From Eledone cirrhosa (Eukaryota), in assembly GCA_964016885.1 (NCBI GenBank), contig OZ024745.1, forward strand, positions 46,190,001-46,254,000: 64,000 bases of DNA, in the 5' to 3' direction. Numbering within the stretch: position 1 is the first letter of the stretch; the number at the start of each line of letters is the position of its first letter. The notes beneath the pieces were generated by a model. The model was not told the DNA's origin. It ran no database searches and worked only from the letters and a program-made list of their open reading frames with translations. Positions 28,567-42,740 of this stretch are shown here, piece after piece. The translations under genes and the position numbers were made by a program.

Positions 28567-28756
28567 GGGTGGTGGATTGGCAGTATCGGTAGAGGGTCGT
28601 ATGCCATGCTTTCCAGCATAGTTACGTCCCTTTACGATCTGAGTTCAAATCCCGCCGAGGTTGACTTTGCCTTTCATCCTTACGGGGTCGATAAAATAAA
28701 GTACCAGTAATGCACTGGGTAATTGCTGGCCTTGTGCCTAAAGAAGAAACAATTAT
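28567..28756 (+). mobile_element. SINE family 2
   Basis: Matches the family, in reverse orientation. Confidence 0.8.
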
Positions 28757-28779
28757 ATATATATATATATACTTCATTT

Positions 28780-29256
28780 TTTAATTTGTTTTGCAAGAAT
28801 TCTTATCTGAAACCGTGTGTTGAAACAGATATTGTTATACTTTGGGAGGGTCATGGCTGCCAATAAAAACACATGCACCTGTTGGTTTTCACTTCAATTT
28901 ATTATAAATTTCTGGTTGGTTGGTTGGTTAGTTCGATAACCGGAAAGTTGTTTATATATTGTCAAAGCTCTTTCATCACACATTCTGTAACCTCCTCAGT
29001 GAATGGGTTTTTATTTTGTGTCCCTCCTTTCTTCTGTCCTATACCATTTTGTTTTTGTGTGGAGGACAGAACAAAGGAGAGACACAAAATAAAAACCCAA
29101 TCACTGAGGAGGTCACAGAATGTGTGATGAAAGAGCTTTGACAATATATAAACAACCATCCGGTTATCGAACCAACCAGAAATTTATAACAAATCTAATG
29201 AAAACTAACAGATGCATGTGTTTTTATTAGCAACATGACCCTCCCAAAGTATAACA

Positions 29257-29258
<2 letters not shown>
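28780..29258. mobile_element. Palindromic element with a minimal hammerhead on each strand (29101-29141 +, 28962-29002 -)
   Basis: UCA-CUGAGGA-G-GUCACA..UGUGAU-GAAA-GAGCUU-UGA occurs in both arms. The arms are slightly diverged. Confidence 0.65.
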
Positions 29259-29311
<53 letters not shown>

Positions 29312-29314
<3 letters not shown>

Positions 29315-30537
29315 TCATCATCATCATCATCAACGTTTAACGTCCGTGTTCCACGCTTGCATGGGTTTGGACGGGGGTAGTCCCACTTGAGGCAAGAGTG
29401 ATTGTCTTGCTCGCATAGGACTGTCTGGCAGGTTTTCTACGGTTGGATGCCCTTCCTAACACCAACCACATTTACAGTGTGGGTCTGGGAGGTTTTTACC
29501 GTGTTGCCTACACGACCACATTACAGCGTGGACTGTGTGTTTTTTTGTCGTGACACCTACACGATCTCATTTGTTTCGGCCTCGATGGCGCGGCACCAAC
29601 ATAACTTTACATAGAACGGGGTGGTGTGGATGGGGTGGGGGTGGTGGTGGTGGGACGGGGTGTATTTTGTTAGAGATGCCTACTGGCTGGAGTAGGTTTT
29701 ACTATATATTTAGGTAAGGCGGGTCTTCTCTGTTACTGAGTACCGCCAAAGGTCTCGGTCCAGTGACATTGTCTTGGAGAGGTGTAAGTGTGTGATGTCG
29801 GAGTTTATCAGCTCGTCCCAGGTTTTTCTAGGTCTGCCTGTTCCGTGACTACCGTCTATCTTTATTGCCCTGCACTTTGTTATACAGCTATCGACTTTCA
29901 TGCGCATCACGTGTCCATACCAACGTAGCCTTCTCTCGAGTAAACAACATCTGATCCCTCTTATCTCTAATTTTTTCCTTAGTTCGTTTATGCTTTGCCG
30001 TTCACGTATATTACTGTTACACATCCAGTGGAGCATGCAAGCTTCGTTCCTCTCTAGTCTGCGTATATCCTCTGCACGCAATGCCCAGGTCTCACTGCCA
30101 TGCAGCATTGCTGTTCGTATGCAGACATCGTACAACCTGCCTTTCATTTTTAGGGAGAACCATTTAGCAGCTAATAGTGGTATAAGCTCTCTGAACTTTT
30201 TCCAACCAGTTCTGACTCTAGCTACAGTACTTTCAGAACACCCTCCCCCACTGCTGATTTTATCGCCCAGGTAACGGAAGCTGTCCACTATTTCTATAGA
30301 ACCCTCTGCGCAATTGAAAGAGCTAGTATTTTGTGGGCACTTGCTGCTACTTATTGCACCAGAACACCGGCCACATGTAAAATCTATGTTCTTAGTTAGC
30401 TTACCTGTGATCCCACTACATCTTTTATGCACCCATACTTTGCATTTAGGACATAAAATGGAGTTTCTACCTACGCCTTTCCTACACACCGAGCACGACC
30501 ATTTCCCAGAAGGGACCGCCGCCTTGTTTTCTTTCCT

Positions 30538-30540
<3 letters not shown>
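29312..30540 (-). mobile_element. RTE-clade LINE 3' fragment (second subfamily, long 3'UTR)
   Basis: PHD finger, FRYLG, HGSETW, RLRWYGH and GRPRKTW, then 3'UTR and (GAT)n tail. Confidence 0.9.
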
Positions 30541-30592
<52 letters not shown>

Positions 30593-32967
30593 TATATATA
30601 TATATATAAGTATGTATTATATACATCATCATCATTTAACATCCACTTTCACTGCTTGCAAGGGTTGGTTAGGGTGTCAACAGACCAAGTTATTACTCAA
30701 GCAAAGCTACTCACTCCATGGATGGGCCAGGAGACTGCATCTCACTTATATATGTTTCCAAACTCTACTGAGTATTTAAACAGATGGCTGCCCATAACTG
30801 ACTTACTTATGATCCAAAGTGCATTTTAAAGTGTGGGATCATATAAACACCATGAATTGAATTATTCCAAATGATTGAAACAAGCAATAATAAACGACCT
30901 CCTTTGATAAAGAAATAATGTATCAAATCAAATATGCTCATTTCTTATATATAAACACCCACTCAGCTAATTATATAAAGTTAGTGAAGAGGAGTCACCA
31001 TGACATGAACTCTTAATTCCTGGCAGAGTCATAGGGGCATTGTCATAACATACAACATGTCTTGGACTTTAAACTTAGCAGAACCTATGCCTCTCCAAGT
31101 CAGAACACAGTTGGTTTATTCCAGATAAAGAGAGAGTAGAAGAGAAAGTGAGGAAGAGAGATAGAAGAAGAATTGGAATTTGATTTCAGAACACAGAAAG
31201 AGATAGCATGAATAATACAAAGCATATTATCTAATGTTCTATGACTCTGAAAATTTGCTAACTTGAAGAAGAATCACAAACTGCTGCTGTTTCTATCTTG
31301 TTGCTGATTCTATTATCAGGTAGTATTAGTCAGCTTTGCTTGAGCATTCTGTGACATGAAAAAAAAACAATGCTACAAACGATGGTACAAATTTGTTCAA
31401 ATATAACGATTTCTTATATAATGAGAGCAATAAAGTTGGAAAAAATGTAATAGTAAAGCACATTGAGAAAAGTGAAGTAATTAGTTCTGTGACTCTCAAT
31501 GGGTTTAGACAATATTCTATTTCAACCATACGACTCTGCTGAAAAATAAAAATAGAGAGGTGCCTAGTCAAATGAAATTGATTATTTATAAATTTGTCCA
31601 GATTCTTTTGGTTCCCCCTACCCATAACATACTTCCTCCCCAACTCTCATAGGGTAGAGAAAGCTCTTCAGTTAAGTTAATAACCAACAACTTCCCCAGT
31701 ACTGGTGCCATGATAAAATGCACCCAACACACTCTGTAAAGTAGTTGGTGTTAGGAAGGGCTTCCAGCTGTAGAAATGAAACCAAAGGGTTGTGAGGACC
31801 CTCCTGTTATGACATGGCAATCTCCTCAGTGCTGGTGCCACAATAAAATGTACCCAAAACACCCTCTCAGGCATTTAATGATAGGAGGGTGCATCCAGCC
31901 AATCTGGGGTGTGACTCTGATTAAGTACTGACTTGGTTTATGATGACTCATCCAACCCTTGCTAGCAGAGAAAATATGATGATAATGATGTGCCTAAATT
32001 AAATATCATTATTGATTCCATTCCAAACATGAAATTCAGTAACAAATAATTGAAAAGATAATTAAGATAAATATAATATATGTGTAGCGAAATTATCATG
32101 GGTAATATTAACTGCAGGTTAAAATAGCTATCACAAAACATACAGGTATTTAAGCCCAGCTAAATTACAATTTTGCCCTCTTGCCTTTCCTCTCCTTCTC
32201 ACTCTGCTGTTCTCTGAAACAGTTGGCAACCAACACCCAACTGTAGCAGTCACCATTCATTAAGGCTCTGATGCAACTGGGCCAGTAAATCTACTGTGCA
32301 CAAGACAATATCTTGTCTCAACCAACATTTATGCATCCCACATTCACTCAGAAGCCCAACATATCACAACAAATTACGTTTATCTGTGATCACTACTTCT
32401 AGCCACCTGTTAACAAAATATTCTGTTGCATCAAATCTTTTACATATTCTGGCTGTATTATATTCTGCACATGGTGTTATTTTATATCAGGGCACACATA
32501 AAAATATCAGAATTAGCAGTTTGGTTTTCCTCATTGTTTTGCCTCAATTCATCATGGTTCTGATTGTTATTCAACCACACCAATCAACACATTCAACAAC
32601 ATGTACAACAACATGCACAACATTTAACATAACATTCACCAACTTCGACAAATATAACAGTTCAACCACAACAGCTAACCACATAACCATTAAAATGAGA
32701 TCTACAAACATTTCTGCTAAATATGTTAATAATATAGATGTCAATATATAAATGCATATATTTACCTACTTACTCATATATATATATATATAAATAATAG
32801 AGGTATATATATGGTTTTTATTGCTGGACTCCCTTCCTATCACCACCTATCTTGCAGAGTGTACTGGGTGTATGTTTCATATCAATGAATGAATTACTCA
32901 GAAGAAATATGTGAAGGTAAAGAGAATTAAGCAAACCACCTAAGTTCACAAAATATCATTGTTTTCA

Positions 32968-33189
32968 CCCATTAGCATTTACATTACTTTATACATATAC
33001 TATTGTATTTTCACGGTAAACACTTTATTTCACATAATTATCTCACATAATATCGAATCTATGACATTTTGATATTATTTATTTTGAGGACAATACCTTA
33101 ATACAGGTATGAGCAGCCAGTTACAACCAGTTTAAACAAAAAAAGGTGAGAGCATTCTGGCTAGATACGGCGATTTAAATGGTAAAGGG
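32968..33189. mobile_element. piggyBac-like MITE
   Basis: Same body as 3611-3818, reversed. Ends AAAGGG|TTAA. Confidence 0.65.
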
Positions 33190-35004
33190 TTAAATATTTA
33201 ATGTGTAGAATTAAATAAGCAGAGGATATAATAATGCTAGAAGAGACAAAATAGGAACACAAAAGATTAGTATTAACATTGATAAGATGAATTCACCCAA
33301 TAACACCTTGACCATTTTGTCTGTGGAGCATGGCTGAGGTACTGTTCAGGCTGGGGTGTAGTGTCTGACCTTCCCCCTCTCCCTTTTTTTGTTGTTTGAT
33401 CCTTTTTTTCTTTTTCTCCTTTTCATTTTCTTTTTTTTAATTTATTTTCTGTTCCCTTTAATAGTGTTTTATTTTTATTAAATATTGGTCAATTCTTTTT
33501 CATAGAATGTCAATGGCTTTTCATGACATTCAGAGATTTTGTATATTGACTAATAATTATTAATAAACAAAATACTGAACAAAAAAAGTTTACAATACTT
33601 ATGTCGATGTTTCATATAAATATTCCTGCATATTTTCCATACAACTGTTATGATTCTATGCAATTCAATCATAAATCTTTCTATATAATGGAATTTTATT
33701 GATTTTCTTGTCGAAGTTTGAAAATTGAGAAGAAGATAAAAAGGCCAGCACTAAACTGTTGAATATTATGGAAGAAAGAAGGAAAAAAGCCAACAAATTC
33801 TTAATATATATGAAATTGACATCATAACTAAAGGTGAGTGGTACTACACATCATAACTTTTCCTCTAACTGCTTAGTTGTCGCACCTCATTAACAGAAAT
33901 ACTATTCTGTTTACTATGTTGATGGAAGTATCACTTTTGTTCTGAAAATACATTTTAAAATGTTACTTAATCCTTTCCTTTAAGAAGAATAAAACAATAT
34001 GTTTGAATGTTAATGCTAAAAGCTTTTGGTTTGTTAATCAATAAAAATCAATAAAAAAAATCAATAAACTAGAAATCACAGTAAGGTTGCAGAGAATTAG
34101 TTCATCTCTCAGACTGACAAATCAATAAATAACATTTCTTTATAGAAAATGAATAAATCTCAATATCCTCTTGCACAAAATTTGTTGTTGCTATTGTTCA
34201 TGTTTCTGTTGTTGCCAAGCAAATATTCAAAATAAATTTATTTCTGAAATTAATGCAGCCCTTTTCGTAACTTATCCAAATGTTCCTTCAAATGTCTAGA
34301 ATGAATTTTCATTCTTTGAGATTGTTATAGTACATTATTAGCTTTCTGATTAGGACCACGGGGGAAATGTTAGTCTACAGATATGATTGGAGCAGCAAAA
34401 GAGCATTTTATTCATAAACAGTGACACACTCATACATAATAGATGGCAGATATGGTAATGAGACCAATAATAGATATTAATCATTTTTAGCAATGATTAA
34501 TAAAGTTATTTTGAGTGGTCTTCACTAAGACGTATTATGCTCCAGGCATATTAAGACTATGATGAATGTAAATAGTGATTATATTATTGTTTACAAGCAT
34601 TGTCCAGAGTAAATATAAAGCAGAAAGATAGACAAAACAAGAGACTATGGGGAGAAATATTGTGTTTGTTTTTTATATTGGATCTAGATGACTTCTACGT
34701 TATGGGATATATTGTTCACATGACAATAACATTTACTTAATGTCATGCAGAGAAGCAGCAAGATAGCTTAAAAGGGATTTTGGCTTACTGGTTTAAAAAG
34801 AAAGGGTATATATTTGCTCACTAACACTTTGTATTTAGCTCTAAAACAAACCAATGAACTTAGCTGCAAATAATTACAACACAATGATACAGATCTTTGC
34901 TCCAAATTCTTTTGTTACTTTGTAATGTTGAGCTTGAATCTACTCATGATTATACAGGAGCACTAAGGAACTAATATTGTTATTTTCATCAACACATAAT
35001 TATA

Positions 35005-35211
35005 CCCTATCAGCATTTCATTACTCTATATATACTATTGTATTTTCACGGAAAACACTTTATTTCACATAATATCAAATCTATGAGATTTTGATATTAT
35101 TTATTTTGAGAATAATACCTTAACATATGTATGAGCAGCCGGTTATGGCCAGTTTGAACAGAAAGAGGTGAGAGAATTCTGGCCAGATACAGCCGGTTAA
35201 ATGCTAAAGGG
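35005..35211. mobile_element. piggyBac-like MITE
   Basis: Ends TAAATGCTAAAGGG|TTAA. Confidence 0.65.
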
Positions 35212-35387
35212 TTAAATATGTTAACACTAACTTAATTGATTTTTTTCAAGTATATAATGCTAATGTGTAATTTATTCTCTAAACATCACTAGGTTTCTGC
35301 ATTTACAAGGATATATTTTTGTATATTTAGTTAGAAAATCTCCCATCATTACATCAGTGGGTACTTAGAAGACTATCCTAACACACA

Positions 35388-35520
35388 TAATTGTTTCTAC
35401 TTTTGGCACAAGGCCAGCAATTATCCCAGTGTATTACTGGTACTTTATTTTATCGACCCCGTAAGGATGAAAGGCAAAGTTAACCTCGGCGGGATTTGAA
35501 CTCAGATCATAAAGGGCTGT
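35388..35520 (-). mobile_element. SINE family 2, 5'-truncated
   Basis: B box, core and tail present. Confidence 0.75.
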
Positions 35521-35837
35521 AATGAGATATAATTATGTTCAAAGTTGTCTATCATTCTTGCAAAAAGAATTAGAATATTATAAGTGTCATTTCGAGCCAT
35601 ACCATGTAAATGAAATTAGGTAGATGAAAACTAATGGCTGGATTGTGCTTATATTTCAATGGGTCAGCTTTGTCACAAACTATGTCACACTGAATCTCAT
35701 TGAGAATTTTGTTAAGGATACACATGTTTGTGGAATACTCAGCCACTTGCATGTTAATTTCATGAACAAGCTGTTCTGTTGATTGAACAGCTAGAATACT
35801 CATTGTTCAAACAGACAGAGATCCATTCTGCATTTTC

Positions 35838-35838
35838 T

Positions 35839-35890
<52 letters not shown>
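35838..35890. repeat. (CAT)n retroelement tail
   Basis: Followed by ttaacgtctgtttttccacactagcatggg, the shared LINE/SINE 3' end. Confidence 0.85.
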
Positions 35891-36825
35891 CTGGTTAACG
35901 TCTGTTTTTCCACACTAGCATGGGTTAGACAAGTTCGTCCTGCTGTAAGCAGTGCTAAGTCAGGTTACCATGTCTTGCTCATACAGAACTGATGGTTTCT
36001 ACAGCTGGATGCCCTTCTTTCCAAAACTTTCAATTAAGGGATTTTATAAGAATTATCTCCTTTGCTTGTAGCTTATAGTTTTTATATATCTCCTTTGGGG
36101 AGTTATTGTTTTCTAGTTACATAATCGCAGGTAAACAAAGTGTTTTAGTATCAGTTATGTGAAACCCTATTTTTATTTATTGTGTATAATGTTCCCTTTA
36201 GTCATTTTTACCTCTTACCATGCTATTGATACCCATAATTATATCTTGTGGAGAGGAGACCTTTCAAGAAGGATTAGCCGAGATTTGCTACTTCAAAACA
36301 TTCTTAAATTTTAAATTGATCCAACAGACCCTGTGACTCACTTTTACAATAATACTATGCATCAGTTTTTAACTATAAGTCCATCATCCTTCTCCGCCTT
36401 ATCACTACCGTCAACATCATCACTGCCACCAATAGCATCAACATAGTCATTGAAATAATAGTGTAGAGAAATGAGACATCAATATATATGTGGATTAATC
36501 CTCTGATAACCCTCCCACCTGCCTGGATTAAACATTGTAGTTAATCTTTACTGATTAATCTTACTCACAGCCAGATACATTCAATTTTGAGAATTTCAAA
36601 TCAATTTCATTCAGAAGCTACCACACATATATGCTTAGACACACACACACACAAGCTTACTTTCTTCCTCTAGCCATTTCTCCTACTCGCGCCCCCTCCC
36701 CTCTCTCTCTGTTTATTATTTATCTACCAATGTCAAACCCTCTCTCAAAAATTCTCCCCCAGAACATCCATTATTGAGAGCCATTGCCCATCTCTATTAC
36801 TTGTCATCTCTCTCTCTTTCTCTCT

Positions 36826-36920
<95 letters not shown>

Positions 36921-37574
36921 CATGCATATATCACCATTACCCGCAAACATCTCGTTGCCATTACTTGACTCTCTTCTGTTAGTCCTTCCTCTAAAAATCC
37001 CTTTATTTCTCTATCCATGTTGGATAGGGACAAATGGAGATGTAAAGTTATCAACATTGACTGGGGAACTCAACATGATGATAATGAGGATGACAAGATT
37101 CCCAAAATATGTTTTGACTTTTTTATGAAGATTATATAGCCAAATCAATAGTTACTATGAAAGTGTTAGTTGGCTGTAGAAATACTCTTGGTAATAGTTA
37201 TTTATTCTAAAGTGTATCAGAAAACATATAGATACACATAACATCAAAATTGTTTCTCATTTAATAAACAACGGTATCAGACAGCTCTTTTGTTTTGTTT
37301 TATATGTTGATGTTTTTGTTATAATTTTTAACCAGTTAACATTAAATGAACTTTAAATAAAATAAAGGTAGCAACAGTACTATATTTTCAACCAATCAGA
37401 ATGTGAAATGTCAATATTCATTAGTTGGAACCTTCTTGTTTTATTTTGTTTGCACTTGAAAATTATTTTGCCTATGGCATCTTAATTTAATGAATACATG
37501 AAATAGAGATAGACAATTCAAATCCTATGTCTGTGATCAAGTGAATATAATTCTATAGATTATAACTAACTTTA

Positions 37575-37870
37575 ATGTTGGTTCCACAATAAAAAGTACT
37601 TAGTCCACTCTGTAAAGAAGTAGTTAGTGCTGGTGCCATGATAAAAAGCACCCAGTCCACCCTGTAAGGTGATAGAGCTTGTGCCATGGTAAAAACCACC
37701 CAATCCACTCTATAAGGTGGTTGTATTGAAGTCATGTTAAAAAGTACAAGGTCCATCCTGTAAGGTGGTAGTGGTGGTGCCATGATTAAAAGCACCCAGT
37801 CAATCCTATAAGGTGGTAGTGCTGGTGCCATGATAAAATGCTACCAGTACATTGTCAAGTGGTTGGCATA
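37575..37870 (+). repeat. ~42-bp tandem repeat expanded within a LINE-3'UTR/SINE-type repeat
   Basis: About 7 units similar to gtgctggtgccatgataaaaagcacccagtccaccctgtaag. Confidence 0.7.
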
Positions 37871-38439
37871 AGGATAGGCATCCAGCCATAGAAACAAAGC
37901 CAAAAATGGAACATATGAGCTATGTGTAGTCACCTGATCAGTATAGCCTCAGAACATGACAACCTGTCTAACACATGCAAGCATGGAAAATAGACGTGAA
38001 ACAATGTTAGTTATGATAATGGTGTTGATGATTTTCTTTTCCATAAAGAATAATTTTTCCCTTGCTGTTCTAGATTGCAGGGGAATCAACTAATAATGAT
38101 GATGATTTACACATAGAAATGGGAACCATTAGTTGACCCGGTAAACTTCTTTTTGATTTAAATCGTCTAACAAGGCAAGTATGTATAACAAAGGATCAAG
38201 AAGGGTATTCAGTTATGTCAAGGACATGACAACCTTTACAGAGTATACTTGGTGACATGTTAAAATGCACCCAGTATACTCTGTAAAGTGGTTGATGATA
38301 GGAAGGATACCCAACCATAGAAAACCTGCCAAAGAAAGGGTTAAGAGGACTCTTTAGTTTGCAAAATGGAACACCCTAATGTATAGTCTCCATTATATGA
38401 TACCTAAGGTTCACTGAATAATGTTGCTGGTATATTTGA

Positions 38440-38760
38440 TAATACTTTTCTCCTCCCTCTTGCTTCTTGTAGCCTATTAATACAACTGGACTCAAAGTTT
38501 CTGTTCCCATATGATACACGGATCTCCAGTTTTTTTCACTTCAAAGCCACTTTCTCAAATGTCACATAAGGTATATTGGTTGCTGAAAGATTACGCTTCA
38601 GCTTGTCTTTGTACCTAGGCCATTGCTGTCCAACATTTCTATATCCACCATCAAGCTGGTTGATATTATTTTGTCACTCATTCTAATGACAGGATCAGCC
38701 CAGCATAGTTGTGATTTCAGAAGAAAGGTTTCAATTCCTCCAATATTGCACATAGTGAAG
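38440..38760 (-). mobile_element. Degenerate RTE/BovB-like 3' fragment
   Basis: IETFLLKSQLCWADPVIRMSD resembles the RTE QLRWAGHVxRM motif. Confidence 0.55.
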
Positions 38761-41176
38761 AGGTCAGTGTTAGATGTATATAAAAAAATAAGGGTATTTT
38801 TATATTCCTCATGGGTAAAAATATACAAGATAAAACTTTGAAGTTATTGCCACTTTTCTATATAGAAAATAAATTTCTATATTCTACCCATAAATACTGA
38901 GTGTTCATTCAGTTCACATTTGGTTTAAATATTGTAATATATATATATATATATATAGTAACAATTTTTAATACTTCACATATTAAATTCAATAATACCA
39001 TTTGTTTATTCTTGTTACTTAATAATTCATATAATGAAGTAAATTAGAAAGAAATTATTGATGAGAAAAAAATGTATTTAATGTGAAGATTAAAGCAAAT
39101 AAATTTAACCATTTTGGTGCCAACCTGCTTGGCTCTTGGCTACAAAACTAACTGATTAAAATGTTCAGTATCTAAATTAGAACCTCCTAATTTTATTTAC
39201 TGCAACAACCTTTCTATTAGTATGTGTTCAAATGTCATCTTAATATACCAATAATGGAAGACCCAGTTATTTTACTAAAGCCTTCCAGATTCTTAATATA
39301 AACACTATTTATATAATAAATATAATTTGAAAAAGAAACAAATCCATAAAAATTTATCTGGAGAAAATAAAAGAGAGCAGACTTGCACACCCAATTATTT
39401 GCTACCAAAGGGAAAGCTAATGCTCCCTTCTAAAAATATATAAGGCAAGCCAGGGCATTCCTGGTATTGCCATGGATGATAATAAAACTAAGGTGCAGGA
39501 ATACCCAAGCACAGACATAGCATCACTTGATACTTCATTAAGGTGAGCCACCAACAATGACAAAAACCTTGTTGTCAGAGCCTAGCTCCCCTGAATGTCT
39601 CATATGCCACAGACTGAAAGATTCTTGATTAGTTATCAAATTTAATTAAAACTTAAACAGAATATTTCATTAGAAATTTAGTGATTTAAATTAAAATCTA
39701 AAATGAATATAGGAATATAATAAATAACAAAATTAACTATTGACAAATTTGCTAGCAATTATTAGCAAATGAACTCCACAAAGATAAGCTGAAAAATAAT
39801 AAACTAAATATAAAATGCTATCATTAACAAAGGATGATACTAAAAACTAATAGAAGAGATCTTCAACTTTTCCATCATTGAATGTAGTTTTAAAGAAAAT
39901 TTATATCAATAGTAATAGATGGTACTGATATATTATATTTTAATCTACTTGCTGGCACTACCTTCCTTTTTGTGGGATTGTGGGGGCACTGTGATGTCCC
40001 GTGAGCAGAAGGGGATTAGCATTAGGGTATGCTTATTTGATAGCATGGACCTCTTTCTTTTCATCTGGTGTAGGTGAGCTCTAGGTAGGCCTGAGGATAT
40101 CTGTGATCAGAAATTCTTGAGTTTACCTAGAACTAATTAGTGTACAAACATGGACAAACACAGGGTTACTTGTACTTGTCTAAGTATTCCATTTTTGGTT
40201 TTTGTAAATATATTGATTTCTCTCGATTATGTATACAATGCCTTTCTCAATAATACTAGCAGTATTACAGGAAATAAAATTACTTCAGCACTAAATCGAA
40301 TTTTTGTAACAAACTCAGTTTGCGACTTCATATATTAGATATACACATACACACTTTGGATACTTTTCGTATTTATTTGTGTAATTCAGCAAAAGGTATA
40401 ACTTGTCCTGTCTTTGTCTCTACCTGTTTTGTTACATCCCAATGTACACTGGAATGAATAGTATCAACCTTAAAAAACACCAAAATTGTGGTGATTTCCT
40501 TAGGTTGAGTGAGGAAATGGGATTGTTCATTTTTCCGTCGTTTTTGCCATTGTTTTGTCCTATGCCCCCCTTTTCAATATGTGTGTGTGAAGAAATTTTG
40601 GTAAGTTGATATGCTGCAGGCAAATACTTCCATGTGAGCATACAAATTTCTTCACATAATTGTGTTAACGTTAAATTATATCAAACGGGTACCAGTTGTT
40701 GTTATAATGATTGCATAACAGCTGTACACTGGTGTCTCTGAAATACGTATTATGTAATAAATATGATTATATATATGTATATATGTATGTATGTATATAT
40801 ATATATATCAGATAGATGTGCATGAACTTAGGAAATACAATTTTAGTTCATCTGAGCAAGTTATTTAATCAACAACAGTGCACTCAACAGGTAATTGGTG
40901 CTATGACCTTATATCATTGCAAATTAAGGAAAGGATAAGAATGGACAACAAATATATGACATAAAGAAAATATGAAATATCTGCTACAAGTTACTTCACA
41001 GAAGATCTATGTTTCGGTGTCTATACACCTCGTCAGCCACTTTTGAAGGAAAAACTGCTACTTATTTAACCACTGAGTCTGTGTGATAGCCTATGGAAAA
41101 CTAGGCTGACTTTTCATAGGATATCACTGTTTCTGTGACATAGCCATGATATATTATTAGTGATTGTATTTTTATT

Positions 41177-41900
41177 ATCATCACCACCATTTTACATCCA
41201 TTTTTTTCTTTTTATGCTTTCATGTGTTGTACAGGTCTATTCCAGTACAGCATCCTTCCACTCATCGCAATTCTTTGTCAACTCCACTGTGAGCTTCAGT
41301 TATTTGAGATAAGTTTTCACAACCTCTGCCCAGGTCTCCCCTGGTCTCCCACTAGTGTTTCTTGGCAATTCTATATCCAAAGATCATCATCCATATATAT
41401 CACATATCCATACCAGTACAGTCTTCTCTTCTGCACATTACTTTTCATTCCTCTTATATCCAGTTTTTCTCTCAGCTAATCCATACTTTGTTGTTCATGT
41501 ACATAAGCATTTCACACCCATTGGAGTATGTTTGCTTCACCTCTGCAGTTATGCCCATGTCTCCTTATTATCTAACATCACACTTCACACACAAGCATCA
41601 TTCAGCCAGCCTTTCTTTCATAGAAAGAAACTTTTTGTCGTCAACAGAGGTAGAAGCTCCTTGAACTTTCTCCTTCCTGTTTTTACTCTAGCTACAATGC
41701 TCTTGATGCAGCATCCTCTCTTACTAATTTGATCACTTATGTAGCAGAAACTATCAACTACTGCTATGGAGTCTTCCTAGGATTGGAAGATATTTATTTT
41801 ACTGATGCTCTTATTACCAACTATCCCTAAGCATCTGCCTCATACAAAAGTTTACCTTTCCTGTCAGTCCGCTTGCTATTCCACTACACCTCTTGTGTAT
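41177..41900 (-). mobile_element. Degenerate RTE LINE 3' part
   Basis: Collinear with 13113-13870 (gtcaacagaggtagaagctcc; ccactacacctcttgtgtat). Confidence 0.75.
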
Positions 41901-42226
41901 ACAAGATCCAAGATTGATTGTATTTGAAAAGATTAGAAGTGGCAGCATCCTTAGTTGGTACATATGGACAAGATAAAAAGCTTCCTAATCAAAGTATAGA
42001 CCAGATTGGTCAGTTATGAAGCATACAAGAAATCAAGAATACCCAAACAAATCCTGTATAAGGAAATACCAAATGTTTATGACTGTCAGATAGAAAAATT
42101 TGAGGAAGGAAAAACTGAAGCACAAATTCTTGATCTCAATCTCAGTAAATTAATACATAACCTCTTGAGCTTGAGAAAATTAGATGAGTAAGGAATTAGC
42201 AGAGTTTTGTGACAGACAGACATATG

Positions 42227-42281
<55 letters not shown>

Positions 42282-42282
<1 letters not shown>

Positions 42283-42678
42283 TATTTCTTTATTAGCCAC
42301 AGGGGCACAAAAGAAGGGGACAAATACAAAGGGGGAAGTTTACATACAATAAAAACGTGTAAAATGTTATCACAGATGGAATTTAAAAGTTAGTCGATTT
42401 TCCCCAATAGAGGGAGACAGTTTATATGGGTAACACAGACCCCCGAAAAAAATGTGCAACCCTCATCTCCAGGAGTACGAAGAGCTTGTACTCCTTTCCT
42501 CTCCTCCTCCTTTTCCTCAACCTACAGGCTGATATAGAGAGAAGGCCCATTCACTTGGGCCATTCTCGCCACTTTCACCCACCTTTCATAAAACTTGCTG
42601 GGGTACAGCACCTCTCTCTCCATCCTGATTCTTCTTCCAAAGTGGTATTTGAAAAAAAGAATCAGTTGTTGGCCGGAG
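42282..42678 (-). mobile_element. Tx1/L1-like non-LTR 3' end inserted in (AGAT)n
   Basis: ORF end QLILFFKYHFGRRIRMEREVL...FYERW, a 3'UTR with AATAAA, and (AGAT)n on both sides. Confidence 0.5.

Positions 42679-42740
<62 letters not shown>

Noticed and set aside
32296-32751. 151-aa plus-strand ORF
   Set aside because: Low complexity, no recognisable domain or splice support.
37575-37870. CRISPR-like regular repeats
   Set aside because: Eukaryotic context, no unique spacers, and the unit also occurs in LINE 3'UTRs and SINEs.
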